DNA from: an uncultured Candidatus Saccharibacteria bacterium
GTDB taxonomy: Bacteria > Patescibacteriota > Minisyncoccia > Phycocordibacterales > UBA1006
Length of the DNA stretch: 64,000 nucleotides
NCBI GenBank assembly: GCA_964628065.1
Contig: CAZVLM010000001.1
Coordinates: 9,357-73,356 of the forward strand
Direction: 5' to 3'
Part shown: in pieces, positions 17,201-30,486 of the stretch
Layout of the letters: each line of letters opens with the position of its first letter
How positions within the stretch are numbered: the first letter of the stretch is position 1
Program-made: the position numbers and the translations under genes
The notes under the pieces: model-generated
What the model saw: only the letters and a program-made list of their open reading frames with translations
What the model was told of the DNA's origin: nothing
Databases searched by the model: none

Positions 17201-17770
17201 TTAAAATTTAACTTCTACAACATTCCGCGCTGCATCATCTTCCCCAAGCTGGAACAATTCCTTTGCGCCAAAATGAAATATATTTGCGATAATGCTTCCC
17301 GGAAAGACTTCACGCATCGTGTTGTAATCTTTCACGTTACCATTGTAGAATCGTCGTGATGATTGAATTTTATTTTCTGTATCAGATAGTTCTCGCTGAA
17401 GTTCGAGGAAGTTGGTGTTTGCCTTTAGGTCAGGATAATTTTCAGAAAGCGCAAAAATAGATTTAAGAGACGTTGAAAGTTGGTTTTCTGCTGCTACCTT
17501 TTCCGTAAGTGACCCAGAGCCCGACATGGTTGCCATAGCACTGTTTCGAGCCACAATCACCTTTTCCAAGGTTCCAGACTCATGAGCCGCATATCCCTTA
17601 ACGGTATTTACCAAGTTAGGAATAAGGTCATATCGACGCTTTAACTGCACGTCAATGTCCGCCCACGCCTCAGAAACGCGGTTTTTAAGCGTTATAAATC
17701 TGTTATAAGACGCAATAGCCCAAAGAATGAGCGCTGCCACAATCGCGATAAGAATCCATAGAATAATCAT
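17201..17770 (-). CDS. LemA family protein
   Basis: N-terminal TM helix and the LemA signature ...DIDVQLKRRYDLIPNLVNTVKGYAAHE...RRFYNGNVKDYNT. Confidence 0.8.
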   Translation of the reverse strand: MIILWILIAIVAALILWAIASYNRFITLKNRVSEAWADIDVQLKRRYDLIPNLVNTVKGYAAHESGTLEKVIVARNSAMATMSGSGSLTEKVAAENQLSTSLKSIFALSENYPDLKANTNFLELQRELSDTENKIQSSRRFYNGNVKDYNTMREVFPGSIIANIFHFGAKELFQLGEDDAARNVVEVKF

Positions 17771-17886
17771 AATAGTAAGGTTAAGTTAGGTGTAACTTAA
17801 CCATTATACCACTTTTAAAAGACTATGGAGAAATATTGACAAAAAATAAAATATCTGTATGATGCATACGAATCAAATCTAAAACC

Positions 17887-18294
17887 ATGCAATTAGCACA
17901 ACTGAACATTCCCAATTATGACTCTATTCTTGAGGAAAAAACTCAAGATGCGAAAAACATCGTAAAGACCCAATCGAGAAACTTCTACGGAAAACTTGAA
18001 AAGGCACTTCAGCCGCTAGGCTACGCCTGTGGCTCACTCAGCTTTAAAGGAGGCCCCGTCGCTGCAAGAGAACTTATGGACTCTATTCCCTCTTTTGATA
18101 TCTTAAAGATTTTTAAAAAAGATAACGAGGAAAAACAGGACGAAAAAATAGCAACCCTCGAGATTATTAAAGGGCGATTGTTTATTTCACCTGAGCACTT
18201 AGAGCCTGATGACTTCGACGACTGGGCAACAGACCATGAGAATTTGAGCCCCGCCACTATTGTAGACTTTATAAAAAAATACTTTGGTGAGTAA
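17887..18294 (+). CDS. Hypothetical protein
   Basis: 135-aa acidic ORF followed by a strong terminator at 18304..18332. Confidence 0.35.
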   Translation: MQLAQLNIPNYDSILEEKTQDAKNIVKTQSRNFYGKLEKALQPLGYACGSLSFKGGPVAARELMDSIPSFDILKIFKKDNEEKQDEKIATLEIIKGRLFISPEHLEPDDFDDWATDHENLSPATIVDFIKKYFGE

Positions 18295-18303
18295 CAAATG
18301 AAT

Positions 18304-18332
18304 AAAAGCCGGACACTGTGTGTCCGGCTTTT
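18304..18332. terminator. Bidirectional terminator (AAAAGCCGGACAC-TGT-GTGTCCGGCTTTT)
   Basis: 13-bp stem with A/T flanks between convergent genes. Confidence 0.65.
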
Positions 18333-18358
18333 ATCGTACTTACATAGTACTTGGCTTA

Positions 18359-19246
18359 TTATGCTTTCTTGTTTTTCCAATTATTCCACACTACCAAGAG
18401 TGGGCTTGCAAGGAAAATACTTGAATATGTTCCGAAGAACATTCCGAGGAACATGGCAATCGAAAGGTTTCGAGTTGCTTCTGGTCCAAACACCCAAAGC
18501 GCTGCAAGTGCGATAAGAACAGTAAGCGATGTCATAATCGATCGCACAAACGTCTGATTAATAGACTTTCCTACTGTGTAAGAGAAATCTTCCTTAATCT
18601 TCTTTGTTTCATTCGTATGAAGGTTTTCTCGGATTCGGTCAAACACCACAATCGTATCGTTGATTGAAACACCGAGAATGGTAAGTAATCCTACAACGAA
18701 GAGCGTATCAACTTGCAATCCCAAGATTGCAAAGAATCCTGCAGGGATAACCACGTCGTGAACAAGTACCACAATTGCGATAAGTCCGTATGCCCATGAT
18801 GAAATCGGCTTAGATACTTTTCGGAATGCGAATGCGATAAAGAGGATGATCACCAGTGACATGATAATCACAGAAAGAATCGCCTTTGATCGTAACTCCT
18901 TTCCTACTGAAGGACCAATCGTGTTAAATCGCTTCTCTGTTGCATGAGAATCGTCAAATGAGAGTGCTGAGAGAATAACATCCTTACCAGCCTGATCAAC
19001 AGGCTCTGTTCGAACCATAAGGTCATTTGTTCCCACTTCCTGAATTTGAGCATCAGGACGAATTGGAAGAATGTGACCCTTAATGACTTCGGTACTTGGT
19101 CGCTTGTCATACGACACTTCTAGGACTGAGCCTCCGGTAAAATCAACACCGAGTTTGAATCCGTTAATTGCCATGGCAACAATAGATCCAGCCACAAGTA
19201 TGAATGCGAGCGCGAAGAATATTTTTTTGTACTTAATGATAAACAT
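18359..19246 (-). CDS. secF: Protein translocase subunit SecF
   Basis: GVDFTGGSVLEVSY motif and multi-TM topology, immediately downstream of secD. Confidence 0.85.
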   Translation of the reverse strand: MFIIKYKKIFFALAFILVAGSIVAMAINGFKLGVDFTGGSVLEVSYDKRPSTEVIKGHILPIRPDAQIQEVGTNDLMVRTEPVDQAGKDVILSALSFDDSHATEKRFNTIGPSVGKELRSKAILSVIIMSLVIILFIAFAFRKVSKPISSWAYGLIAIVVLVHDVVIPAGFFAILGLQVDTLFVVGLLTILGVSINDTIVVFDRIRENLHTNETKKIKEDFSYTVGKSINQTFVRSIMTSLTVLIALAALWVFGPEATRNLSIAMFLGMFFGTYSSIFLASPLLVVWNNWKNKKA

Positions 19247-19288
19247 ATAATTTTGAAATAGATACTCTTAGTAAATTACCTAAGTGGA

Positions 19289-20659
19289 TTATTTAGAAAT
19301 GCCACTAGAGTACAAGAATCGCTTCACTCGACCATTTCCAAGACCTGCAACAGCGTACAAAAATGTTCTTGTTACCACAATTGCTGAGATCATAGAAATA
19401 ATAACTCCAAGTCCAAAGGTGAGGGCAAATCCCTGAATAAGAGTAGAGCCAAACCAGAAAAGGATAATCGCTGTAAGAATACTTGAAGTATTTCCATCTC
19501 GAATTGAGTTCCATGCTCGGTCAAAACCAATCTTAATAGCTTCCATGATTGATTTTCCATCATGCATTTCTTCCTTCATTCGTTCAAAGATCAGAATATT
19601 TGCATCCACTGCCATACCAAGACTAATAATAAATCCTGCCATTCCTGCTGATGTAAGCGTGATAGGAATAAGTTTAAAGAGAGCAAGTGAAATAATAGCG
19701 TAAATTACCAATGAGATTGCTCCAAGGAGTCCTGGAAGTCGGTACCAGAAAATAAGAAGGAATGCGATCGCAAGGAATCCAATAAGTCCTGCAAGAATTC
19801 CCGCATGGATAGCACCCGTACCAAGTGTAGGTCCGATCGTGTCTGTTGAAATGAGTGCAACAGGCACTGGAAGCGCCCCTGAATTAAGTCGTCCTACCAA
19901 CTGCTTTGCTTCTGTTGCAGTAAAATTTCCTGTAATCACAGCCTGTCCTCCTGCAATTTTCTGATTCACGGTTGGCGTAGAAATAGCTGCTCCGTCTAAG
20001 TAAATAGCAACTGACTTTCCTACGTTTTTTGCAGTAATATCTTCGAAGATTTTTGCACCTTCTGAATTAAACTGGAGTGAAACAATGGGAGCTTGCGTTG
20101 TTGGATCAAACTGAACTGAGGCTCGAGAAAGGTACTGCCCTGTCAAAGGTGTTGGAGCTGAAACGAATCGTTCTGAGGCCCCTACTGCGGCCGAAATATC
20201 AATTTTACCATCCTTAATTGAAGCTGCATCAAGGGTAATCTCCTGAACACCATCCTTGGGTGCTTTATAGTTAGGGTTTTCCACTTTGAATTCTAGGAGT
20301 GGTGTCTGACCAATCATAGCAATCGCCTGCTTTACATCAGTCACACCAGGAAGTTCCACAACCAAATGGTATTCCTTATTTCCTGAAAGGCTTGAGGTTT
20401 CCGTTGAAACGCGAGGCTCAGAAACTCCAAACAAGTTTACTCGTCGTTCAATAATATCTCTAAGTGAGTTCATTGAATTACCAACATCCCCTGCTGGAAC
20501 CTTAGAAACATCTGCGTTGTACACCAAATAACTTCCACCTGAAAGGTCGAGTCCTAGCTTAAAAGGCTTTTTATTTGTTACCTGAGACCAATAAACAAAG
20601 TATCCAATAGCTGCTGCAATGATTAATAAAAGTAATGCTAAAATTCGTTTTTTCCACAT
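19289..20659 (-). CDS. secD: Protein translocase subunit SecD
   Basis: LGLDLSGGSYLVY motif, large periplasmic loop, C-terminal TM bundle. Confidence 0.85.
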   Translation of the reverse strand: MWKKRILALLLLIIAAAIGYFVYWSQVTNKKPFKLGLDLSGGSYLVYNADVSKVPAGDVGNSMNSLRDIIERRVNLFGVSEPRVSTETSSLSGNKEYHLVVELPGVTDVKQAIAMIGQTPLLEFKVENPNYKAPKDGVQEITLDAASIKDGKIDISAAVGASERFVSAPTPLTGQYLSRASVQFDPTTQAPIVSLQFNSEGAKIFEDITAKNVGKSVAIYLDGAAISTPTVNQKIAGGQAVITGNFTATEAKQLVGRLNSGALPVPVALISTDTIGPTLGTGAIHAGILAGLIGFLAIAFLLIFWYRLPGLLGAISLVIYAIISLALFKLIPITLTSAGMAGFIISLGMAVDANILIFERMKEEMHDGKSIMEAIKIGFDRAWNSIRDGNTSSILTAIILFWFGSTLIQGFALTFGLGVIISMISAIVVTRTFLYAVAGLGNGRVKRFLYSSGISK

Positions 20660-20666
20660 AGTAGGC

Positions 20667-21170
20667 CTATTTTACAGGTTTTTTCCTCAAAAGATAGCCT
20701 TGACAAAGGAGTGAAATGTATCTATGCGCAAGGTATCCGATGCCAATTCCAATCAAAGCACCTACTGAAATATCCAGCGAGTAATGAACACCAGCAACTA
20801 CTCTTGCAATAACGATCAGCGCTGCGCAGATATATAAGAAAATCCCCATCGATTTTTCATACAATAACACCACCGTAGCCAGCGCAAAAAACACTGCAGC
20901 GTGACCTGATGGGAATGATGCAAAACTATTTACGAAAAAGCTTCCTTGTATTCCCTGCTCGACAAACGGTCGCGGCATATGAGTAAGTATTTTTATCAAA
21001 CCAGAAAGCCCCCAAGCAACCGATATGGAAACGGTTACTACCAAAAGCTCCATACCCAACTTCTTTTTATGATGCTTGTACTGACTATAAAAAAAGATAA
21101 GGGTGACTAAAATAACAACCCATGGAAACCATCGCGCAAAAAATATAATTATTGGGTAAGGTAGATTCAT
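20667..21170 (-). CDS. PAP2-family phosphatase
   Basis: SFPSGHAAVFFALA (PAP2 motif C3) in a multi-TM protein. Confidence 0.55.
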   Translation of the reverse strand: MNLPYPIIIFFARWFPWVVILVTLIFFYSQYKHHKKKLGMELLVVTVSISVAWGLSGLIKILTHMPRPFVEQGIQGSFFVNSFASFPSGHAAVFFALATVVLLYEKSMGIFLYICAALIVIARVVAGVHYSLDISVGALIGIGIGYLAHRYISLLCQGYLLRKKPVK

Positions 21171-21171
21171 A

Positions 21172-22002
21172 CTATTTTATGATGAAAAAAATTATTAAAA
21201 AGACAACACCTGCAATAATTCGATACCAGCCAAATACTTTAAAATTTGATCGAGATACGAACCTAATAAGCCACTTGGTAGAGATGTACGCTACAACACA
21301 TGACACGAATGCGCCCACCAGAATCAGGAGCCACTCTGTACCTGAAAATGAAAATCCTGTTTTTAGTAAATCATATCCCGTTGCAGCAGCCATCGTAGGA
21401 ATAGCAAGCAGGAATGCTGTTTCTACAATAACACTTCGAGGAATCCCCATACTCATACCTCCGATAATAATCGCTCCCGATCGTGAAACTCCTGGAATAG
21501 TTGCAACAGCCTGAATAACACCAAGTTTTAACATCTCAACAATGGAAAGGTCTTCGATTGATTTAACAGAATAGGACTCTTCTGCTTTCCTCGAAAACTT
21601 TTTCTCTACGATTAAGATTATAATTCCCCCGAGGATGAGCATGATTGCCGCAATCCAAACATTACCAAGAAGAAACTGTTTGATAAGTTTATAGAGAATA
21701 AACCCTATAATTCCTGTTGGTATAAAACCAACAATGATATTTCGCCATGCTTTTGCTGACTGAAAAAATCGCTTAAAGTATACGATGACCACCGCTAAAA
21801 TGGCACCCAACTGAATGGCAATGGTAAAGCTTTTTACGAACTCACTTTGAGCAATACCAAGTAAATGACTTGCAAATTCAAGGTGCGCCGTTGAGGAAAT
21901 TGGCAAAAACTCTGTAATTCCTTCGACAATTCCGAGGATTATGACGTGTAAAAAATTCATGAGATGAGTATAGCATATCGCCAAGTAGGCAATTGTTGGC
22001 AA
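21172..22002 (-). CDS. uppP: Undecaprenyl-diphosphatase (BacA/UppP)
   Basis: ILGIVEGITEFLPISSTAHL N-terminal signature in an 8-TM protein. Confidence 0.85.
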   Translation of the reverse strand: MPTIAYLAICYTHLMNFLHVIILGIVEGITEFLPISSTAHLEFASHLLGIAQSEFVKSFTIAIQLGAILAVVIVYFKRFFQSAKAWRNIIVGFIPTGIIGFILYKLIKQFLLGNVWIAAIMLILGGIIILIVEKKFSRKAEESYSVKSIEDLSIVEMLKLGVIQAVATIPGVSRSGAIIIGGMSMGIPRSVIVETAFLLAIPTMAAATGYDLLKTGFSFSGTEWLLILVGAFVSCVVAYISTKWLIRFVSRSNFKVFGWYRIIAGVVFLIIFFIIK

Positions 22003-22114
22003 TCGAGTTTTAAAGCCTTAAGAAATCCCTTTGTATTGACAAAGGGATAATCTTGCATATAATTAACTTATGTGTTATAATATTAACGATTTATTTCACC
22101 TTAAAACAAAATGA

Positions 22115-22444
22115 ATGTTGAACCCTCCTATCAAACAAGTAATCTCTGATGATGATGCTAAGATGTTAAAATTTGCAGATTCGCTAATGCGTACATTGAA
22201 TAATCCGATGCGCCAAAGAATTCTTCAATTATTGTTAGAGTCTCCTGGTATAACCGTGACTGAGATTTACTCGAAACTAAGAATGACCCAGTCTATGGGC
22301 TCAGAACAGCTTCGAATTTTAAGAAAGCTGAATGTGGTAACCGTGGAGATGGATGGAAGAAAAAGAAAATATTCCATTAACAATCACGTACTGGATACTG
22401 CACTCGAAAAAATTAAAGATCTGACTTCTTTATTTCCTCAATAA
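22115..22444 (+). CDS. ArsR/SmtB-family winged-HTH transcriptional regulator
   Basis: LNNPMRQRILQLLLESPGITVTEIYSKLRMTQSMGSEQLRILRKLNVV matches the ArsR-type wHTH pattern. Confidence 0.55.
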   Translation: MLNPPIKQVISDDDAKMLKFADSLMRTLNNPMRQRILQLLLESPGITVTEIYSKLRMTQSMGSEQLRILRKLNVVTVEMDGRKRKYSINNHVLDTALEKIKDLTSLFPQ

Positions 22445-22448
22445 GAAC

Positions 22449-22476
22449 TAAAGCCTCTTCAAACGAAGAGGCTTTA
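22449..22476. terminator. Bidirectional terminator (AAAGCCTCTTC-AAACG-AAGAGGCTTT)
   Basis: 10-bp stem between convergent genes. Confidence 0.55.
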
Positions 22477-22479
22477 TTG

Positions 22480-23601
22480 TTACATTCCAAGAAATTCATT
22501 CTTTGTTTCATCTCTGTGAATCGATCGGTTATATCCTCGCATACTCATAAGGATTCCGAGCGCTGCGAACTCGGTAAGAAGATGCGAACCACCGTACGAC
22601 ATAAACGGAAGTGCGATACCAGTAACCGGCATAATCCCAATGTTCATACCAATGTTTACAATAATATGACTCATGAAGAATATGGAAATACCGAGCGAAT
22701 ATAAAATCTCAAAATTTGATGACCCAAGCATTCCGATTTTAAACATTCTCCATATAACAACACTAAAGCAAAGCAGGAGGACAAGGCATCCTATAAGTCC
22801 CCACTCTTCCGCAAATGCTGCAAAAATAAAGTCAGTTTTATATTCTGGCAAGAAGTTGAGTCGCGACTGAGTTCCGTATCCCACCCCTTTTCCAAGCACC
22901 TGCCCTGACCCTACAGCAATTACAGATTGGTACACGTTATAACCTGTCTTTCGAATATCGGCCATCGGATTTACAAAGTTTATGATTCGAGCTTTTTGAT
23001 AAGGCTTAAAGATGAAAAGCCACAAACTTCCAAATGCAATAAGACCGATCGCAAACAAAATTGAAAGGTGTTTTTTAGAGATACCTGATACCAGCATCAT
23101 TCCCAACCAAATAACTCCCAAGATCATAGCTGATCCGAAGTCTGGCTGAAGAAGTACCAAAACGAGCGGTAGTGCGCAATACGCAAACGTAATGAAGATA
23201 TGCTTAAAGTTTGCAATTTCAATATGGCGACGAGACAAGTATTTTGCCAATACTAGAATGAGCACCATCTTCATCGGATCAGCAGGCTGCAGAGAGAATC
23301 CGCCGAACTGGAGCCATGAGGTGGCGCCTTTTGCAGTGTGACCCAATAGGAACGTAATAATTAGAAGAATGATTCCAAAAAGGAAAATCCAGACAAGCGT
23401 CTTGGTCTTCTTAAAAATTTGAGCGTCAATACCTGAAAGAAAAAACATCACTATAAATGCTACCACTATCCAAATAGACTGCTTAAGCAAATAGGACGTT
23501 TGTACACCAAAAGAAGACATCGTAACAAGTCCCGCAAGCAAAATAGGCACCAAAAAGGCGCACATGACCCAATCTACGTTTTTAAAGATTCGCGCGAACA
23601 T
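22480..23601 (-). CDS. SEDS-family peptidoglycan glycosyltransferase (FtsW/RodA)
   Basis: DFIFAAFAEEWGLIG and GIALPFMSYGGS signatures in a 10-TM protein. Confidence 0.85.
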   Translation of the reverse strand: MFARIFKNVDWVMCAFLVPILLAGLVTMSSFGVQTSYLLKQSIWIVVAFIVMFFLSGIDAQIFKKTKTLVWIFLFGIILLIITFLLGHTAKGATSWLQFGGFSLQPADPMKMVLILVLAKYLSRRHIEIANFKHIFITFAYCALPLVLVLLQPDFGSAMILGVIWLGMMLVSGISKKHLSILFAIGLIAFGSLWLFIFKPYQKARIINFVNPMADIRKTGYNVYQSVIAVGSGQVLGKGVGYGTQSRLNFLPEYKTDFIFAAFAEEWGLIGCLVLLLCFSVVIWRMFKIGMLGSSNFEILYSLGISIFFMSHIIVNIGMNIGIMPVTGIALPFMSYGGSHLLTEFAALGILMSMRGYNRSIHRDETKNEFLGM

Positions 23602-23651
23602 GGGGAGATTCTAGCATAATTTACCTATTTATTCCTCCTTAAATTACAGCC

Positions 23652-24431
23652 TTATTCTTGCTCAAATGGATTAATCCGAGGAATAATTTCTATTCGCCCA
23701 ACCGGCCGGTTAAATTTTTGTGGCCATGTAAAATAGACCGTTTCTGAAGACTGTTGCTCAATTGATTCTAGGTAAGTTTGACTTGCATTTAAAGCATTTC
23801 CGTCGGTATCATACACAATAGCAACCACAGAAATATTTTTGTAATTAAATAGCGTGTCATTAACAACCTCTGCGGAAAGCTTTGGCGCTGTGTCCTCATG
23901 TGCTAAAAGTGTGTTTGATGCTTTCAATTGTGGAACCTGGTATCTGACATCGGTTGTGATCCAGTCCGGTACGGTTGTAAATTTGAAAAACACCGTCTTT
24001 GGGATTCGATTCCCTGTTTGAACAGGCGACTCAAAGATTGCAGTTTTATCATTTGGACCAATGAATGTACTTCCTGTAATTGGCTCGCTTGTAAGAATGT
24101 TTTCGTCATCGTACACACGAAACTCGTAATTAATTTTCTTTACTCCGGCTGTCACATTCTGGTTTTCAACATATGCAACAACCCCGTAAACACCCTTTGT
24201 AACCTGAAATACCTGTGACCATAGAGGGACAATGGTCTTTGCCTGGAACGCACATACACGACTGCATACACCGCTACAATCGATTCCCTGCTCGTTTTGG
24301 TTTTGTATACCATCAAAGCACGTCTGTGGCTTTGAAAGAATTGTTTTGTAGACTACGTAGCCCACTATTACTATAAATACTACTACAAGAATAGTAATGC
24401 ATCCTAATTTTTTGCGAGTAGACCAATCCAT
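23652..24431 (-). CDS. Hypothetical membrane-anchored extracytoplasmic protein
   Basis: 259 aa with an N-terminal TM helix and a Cys-rich segment. Confidence 0.4.
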   Translation of the reverse strand: MDWSTRKKLGCITILVVVFIVIVGYVVYKTILSKPQTCFDGIQNQNEQGIDCSGVCSRVCAFQAKTIVPLWSQVFQVTKGVYGVVAYVENQNVTAGVKKINYEFRVYDDENILTSEPITGSTFIGPNDKTAIFESPVQTGNRIPKTVFFKFTTVPDWITTDVRYQVPQLKASNTLLAHEDTAPKLSAEVVNDTLFNYKNISVVAIVYDTDGNALNASQTYLESIEQQSSETVYFTWPQKFNRPVGRIEIIPRINPFEQE

Positions 24432-24481
24432 GTTGTGTTAAGTATACCACAGCATTCCTAAATGAATAAAATATTTGCAAA

Positions 24482-24507
24482 CAAAAAATCCCCGCGAACG
24501 GGTTTTT
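24482..24507 (-). terminator. Terminator downstream of 5S rRNA (AAAATCCCCGCGAACGGGTTTTT)
   Basis: Short GC stem with A/T flanks downstream of the rRNA operon. Confidence 0.4.
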
Positions 24508-24511
24508 CCTG

Positions 24512-24534
24512 ATTCTGCCTTGCGGCAGATCATT
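24512..24534 (-). promoter_or_regulatory. 3' half of the pre-rRNA processing stem. GCAGATCATTGTCAAC here is complementary to 28500..28515.
   Basis: A 16-nt perfect complement brackets the 23S-5S unit, as expected of an RNase III processing stem. Confidence 0.5.
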
Positions 24535-24574
24535 GTCAACAGAAATGCTTTTGATTGAGAAAAGGTTAACATTA

Positions 24575-24690
24575 AGTTCTCAGTTCTGGCGACACCTACT
24601 CTCCCTCTTACGAAGTACCATTGGTGTAGCGGCGCTTAACGACTCTGTTCGAAATGGGAAGAGGTGTGACCACCGTACTAAATCACCAGA
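24575..24690 (-). rRNA. rrf: 5S ribosomal RNA
   Basis: The reverse complement reads ..GGTGGTCACACCTCTTCCCATTTCGAACAGAGTCGTTAAGCGCCGCTACACCAATGGTACTTCGTAAGAGGGAGAGTAGGTGTCGCCAGAAC, with helix I closing as GTTCTGGTG / CGCCAGAAC. Confidence 0.75.
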
Positions 24691-24799
24691 ACAGAGAACT
24701 TAATGAGAATTGTGTATAATACAGACTTATATTTTCATACTGACACATTGTGAAAATGTGTTTACTAGAATTTCTTTAACTCTTTACCCTTTGATAAAA

Positions 24800-28205
<3,406 letters not shown>

Positions 28206-28496
28206 CAAGTAAACACATTTTCAAGTTTGTGTCGCCTTTCTATAACCATATAGAAAGGACTTTTTTAATTTGTTCAAAATTCTATTTTGAACTGTCTTAT
28301 TTGCTTGCCCTCCGTAGCTTTATGCGTAGGAGGGCTTTATGTGAAAATACAATTCATAAGTACTTGCGTACTTAATCCTGTATTATACGAACCCGAATTT
28401 CCCGTAGGAAATCCGAGCCCCTTTTCTCAATCGTTCTCGCACGGATAACAGTTCTCCATCACCGAAGTGACCGAGAAAATTTTGTGCGGAACGCAT

Positions 28497-28518
28497 TCCT
28501 GTTGACAATGATCTGCTG
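28497..28518 (-). promoter_or_regulatory. 5' half of the pre-rRNA processing stem (GTTGACAATGATCTGC)
   Basis: Complementary to 24519..24534. Confidence 0.5.
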
Positions 28519-28589
28519 GCCACCCACTCACTCTTTAGCTGAGCTTCTTGCGAAATTCAGACTACGGAGAAATTTGTGTGACGGGGCAT

Positions 28590-28618
28590 AGTATATACGA
28601 TTGAAAATCAAAGTCAAG
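28590..28618 (-). promoter_or_regulatory. Candidate sigma70-like rRNA promoter (TTGACT...TATATA on the minus strand)
   Basis: -35/-10-like hexamers ~90 nt upstream of the processing stem. Judged by eye only. Confidence 0.3.
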
Positions 28619-28669
28619 CATTTATCCTAGCTTAATTATTGGGGATAACTTCTCCCTCGAGAACCCACG

Positions 28670-28698
28670 AAAAAACCACCTTTTTAGGGGTGGTTTTT
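28670..28698. terminator. Terminator hairpin (AAAAACCACC-TTTTTA-GGGGTGGTTTTT)
   Basis: Downstream of the 28703..29551 gene. Confidence 0.5.
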
Positions 28699-28702
28699 AG
28701 AG

Positions 28703-29551
28703 CTAATTTTGGGCAGTAATTTCATGGGCTGGGGCACCTGGAATATTAAGAAGCTTTTCGAGTTCCTTATTTGTTCCATCCAGCTGATACTGCGCTTTTA
28801 CAATCTGAAGCGAGGTCTCGACGATAGACTTTGGAAGATTTCCAAGCGCTCCATGCTGATCAAGGTCTTCATTAAACCCTCCCACTGTTACGCCATACTT
28901 CAAATGCGTCGCTTTCTGCTCCATAAGTCGCTTTATATCTGGAGGATTTGTAGCATCAAGTTTATCTCCTGTTTGTACATTGGCTTCCCGCTGATGAGTC
29001 GTCGCACCCATTGGTCCACTTAGTAAGCCATTAAGTGTTGCAACTTCTTTTCCGAGAAAGCCATCTTCTGCAAGTAGCATTCCAGCAAGACCACTCACAT
29101 TGTCTTTTGAGGTAATGTCAGCCCTGCCAGCGACGTGCTCCCTTCCTGCATTCATAGCCGAGTCTGCAAGCATGGCGGGAAAATTGATAAGTGATGCATT
29201 GCCCTTTCTTCCTTTTCCTTTTGGAATTTCTTTTCCGAGGAACGCCATTACTTCTTCATAACGCTGCGAGAAATCGGCTTTTTGCCCCTCGAGCTTGCCT
29301 GTCAAGTTCTGCAACTCTAATTCAAGTCTCGCCTTCCTCTGTTCAAGTTTTTGAATCAAGATCTGCTCATGTTGATCTGCAGCAAAATTAACCACTTCTG
29401 CATTATTTGCATAATCAGTCTTGATTTCAGGTGTACTGATAGGTGTGGGATTCATCTGCTCTGCTTTAGGAATTGGATTTTTCTCACCAGCATGTACCCC
29501 CAGAGAGCCAACCAGTCCTAAACCAAGCATTGCTTTTTTAAATGGATTCAT
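28703..29551 (-). CDS. Secreted coiled-coil protein (hypothetical)
   Basis: Signal peptide MNPFKKAMLGLGLVGSLGVHA followed by a coiled-coil region. Confidence 0.4.
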   Translation of the reverse strand: MNPFKKAMLGLGLVGSLGVHAGEKNPIPKAEQMNPTPISTPEIKTDYANNAEVVNFAADQHEQILIQKLEQRKARLELELQNLTGKLEGQKADFSQRYEEVMAFLGKEIPKGKGRKGNASLINFPAMLADSAMNAGREHVAGRADITSKDNVSGLAGMLLAEDGFLGKEVATLNGLLSGPMGATTHQREANVQTGDKLDATNPPDIKRLMEQKATHLKYGVTVGGFNEDLDQHGALGNLPKSIVETSLQIVKAQYQLDGTNKELEKLLNIPGAPAHEITAQN

Positions 29552-29585
29552 ATACTTATATTATACCAAACTCCCCTTCCAAAAG

Positions 29586-29610
29586 AAAACCCCGACTTTT
29601 GTGGGGTTTT
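29586..29610. terminator. Terminator hairpin (AAAACCCC...GGGGTTTT)
   Basis: Downstream of the 29641..30327 gene. Confidence 0.45.
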
Positions 29611-29640
29611 CTTAAGAGTTATGATTCTACTTCCATATAA

Positions 29641-30327
29641 TTAATCGTGAGAAATCTTATTAAGTACTTTGTCCATGATTCGTGCTGCATGATCTCGGCA
29701 CCCAAGTCCGAATGCAAGTGCAAACGCAAGTCCGAATGACGCAAGAATTGCGATCCAAAGTGGCTTAATAAATCCATCAGCGATTCCAAGCTGACCAAGC
29801 GCAAACAAGATAGTGGTAACCCAGATTGCCCAGTGAGCGACTGTTCCTGCAAGGTTTGCAGACATAATGTTTGCTACGCGAGCAGATCCCGTTACCAGCT
29901 TTCCTGCAAGGTTTGCAAGCACTGACCCAATAATAAGGATGATTACCGCTGCAAGTACTCGAGAGAAGAAGAACGTAATGATTAATCCTAGGAATGAACT
30001 TGCTCCATCAAGATTAAGCAATCCGAGTAGCGCAAATAGGAATCCAACAATCAATGACCATTTGATAAGCCATCCAATGAGTCCGCCAACATCCAAATGA
30101 TATCCTGACTTGTTCACTGCGTTTTTGAAGGCGCTTCCTTCAAGGGCTCGATTGATCTTTGTTAGGTTAATAACATGAGCCACCGCCTTGCCAATATAAT
30201 GTGCAAGAGCAACGCCAATAATAAAGAGAATAATCGCCAAGAGAATCGCTGGCAAAAACTGCCAAATGTTCACCCAAAACGATGCGAGTGATCCTACGAA
30301 TACTTGACCCTGCTGAACTGCTAACAT
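29641..30327 (-). CDS. Integral membrane protein with duplicated conserved-TM-helix motif
   Basis: 228 aa with an internal repeat of ..IILxIGxxLAxxxGK.. helices. Confidence 0.4.
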   Translation of the reverse strand: MLAVQQGQVFVGSLASFWVNIWQFLPAILLAIILFIIGVALAHYIGKAVAHVINLTKINRALEGSAFKNAVNKSGYHLDVGGLIGWLIKWSLIVGFLFALLGLLNLDGASSFLGLIITFFFSRVLAAVIILIIGSVLANLAGKLVTGSARVANIMSANLAGTVAHWAIWVTTILFALGQLGIADGFIKPLWIAILASFGLAFALAFGLGCRDHAARIMDKVLNKISHD

Positions 30328-30486
30328 ACGTTGTATTGAAATAACTTAAAAATAGTAAATGACAGCTGGCCCCGGACAGGTCGGCATATCAGGGTTTATT
30401 ATATCATTTTTAAAAATCTTGGACTACGCCATTTGTAAAAGGATCGACTTTGTGGCATAGTCAAAAAGAACTTAAATTTAAAAACT

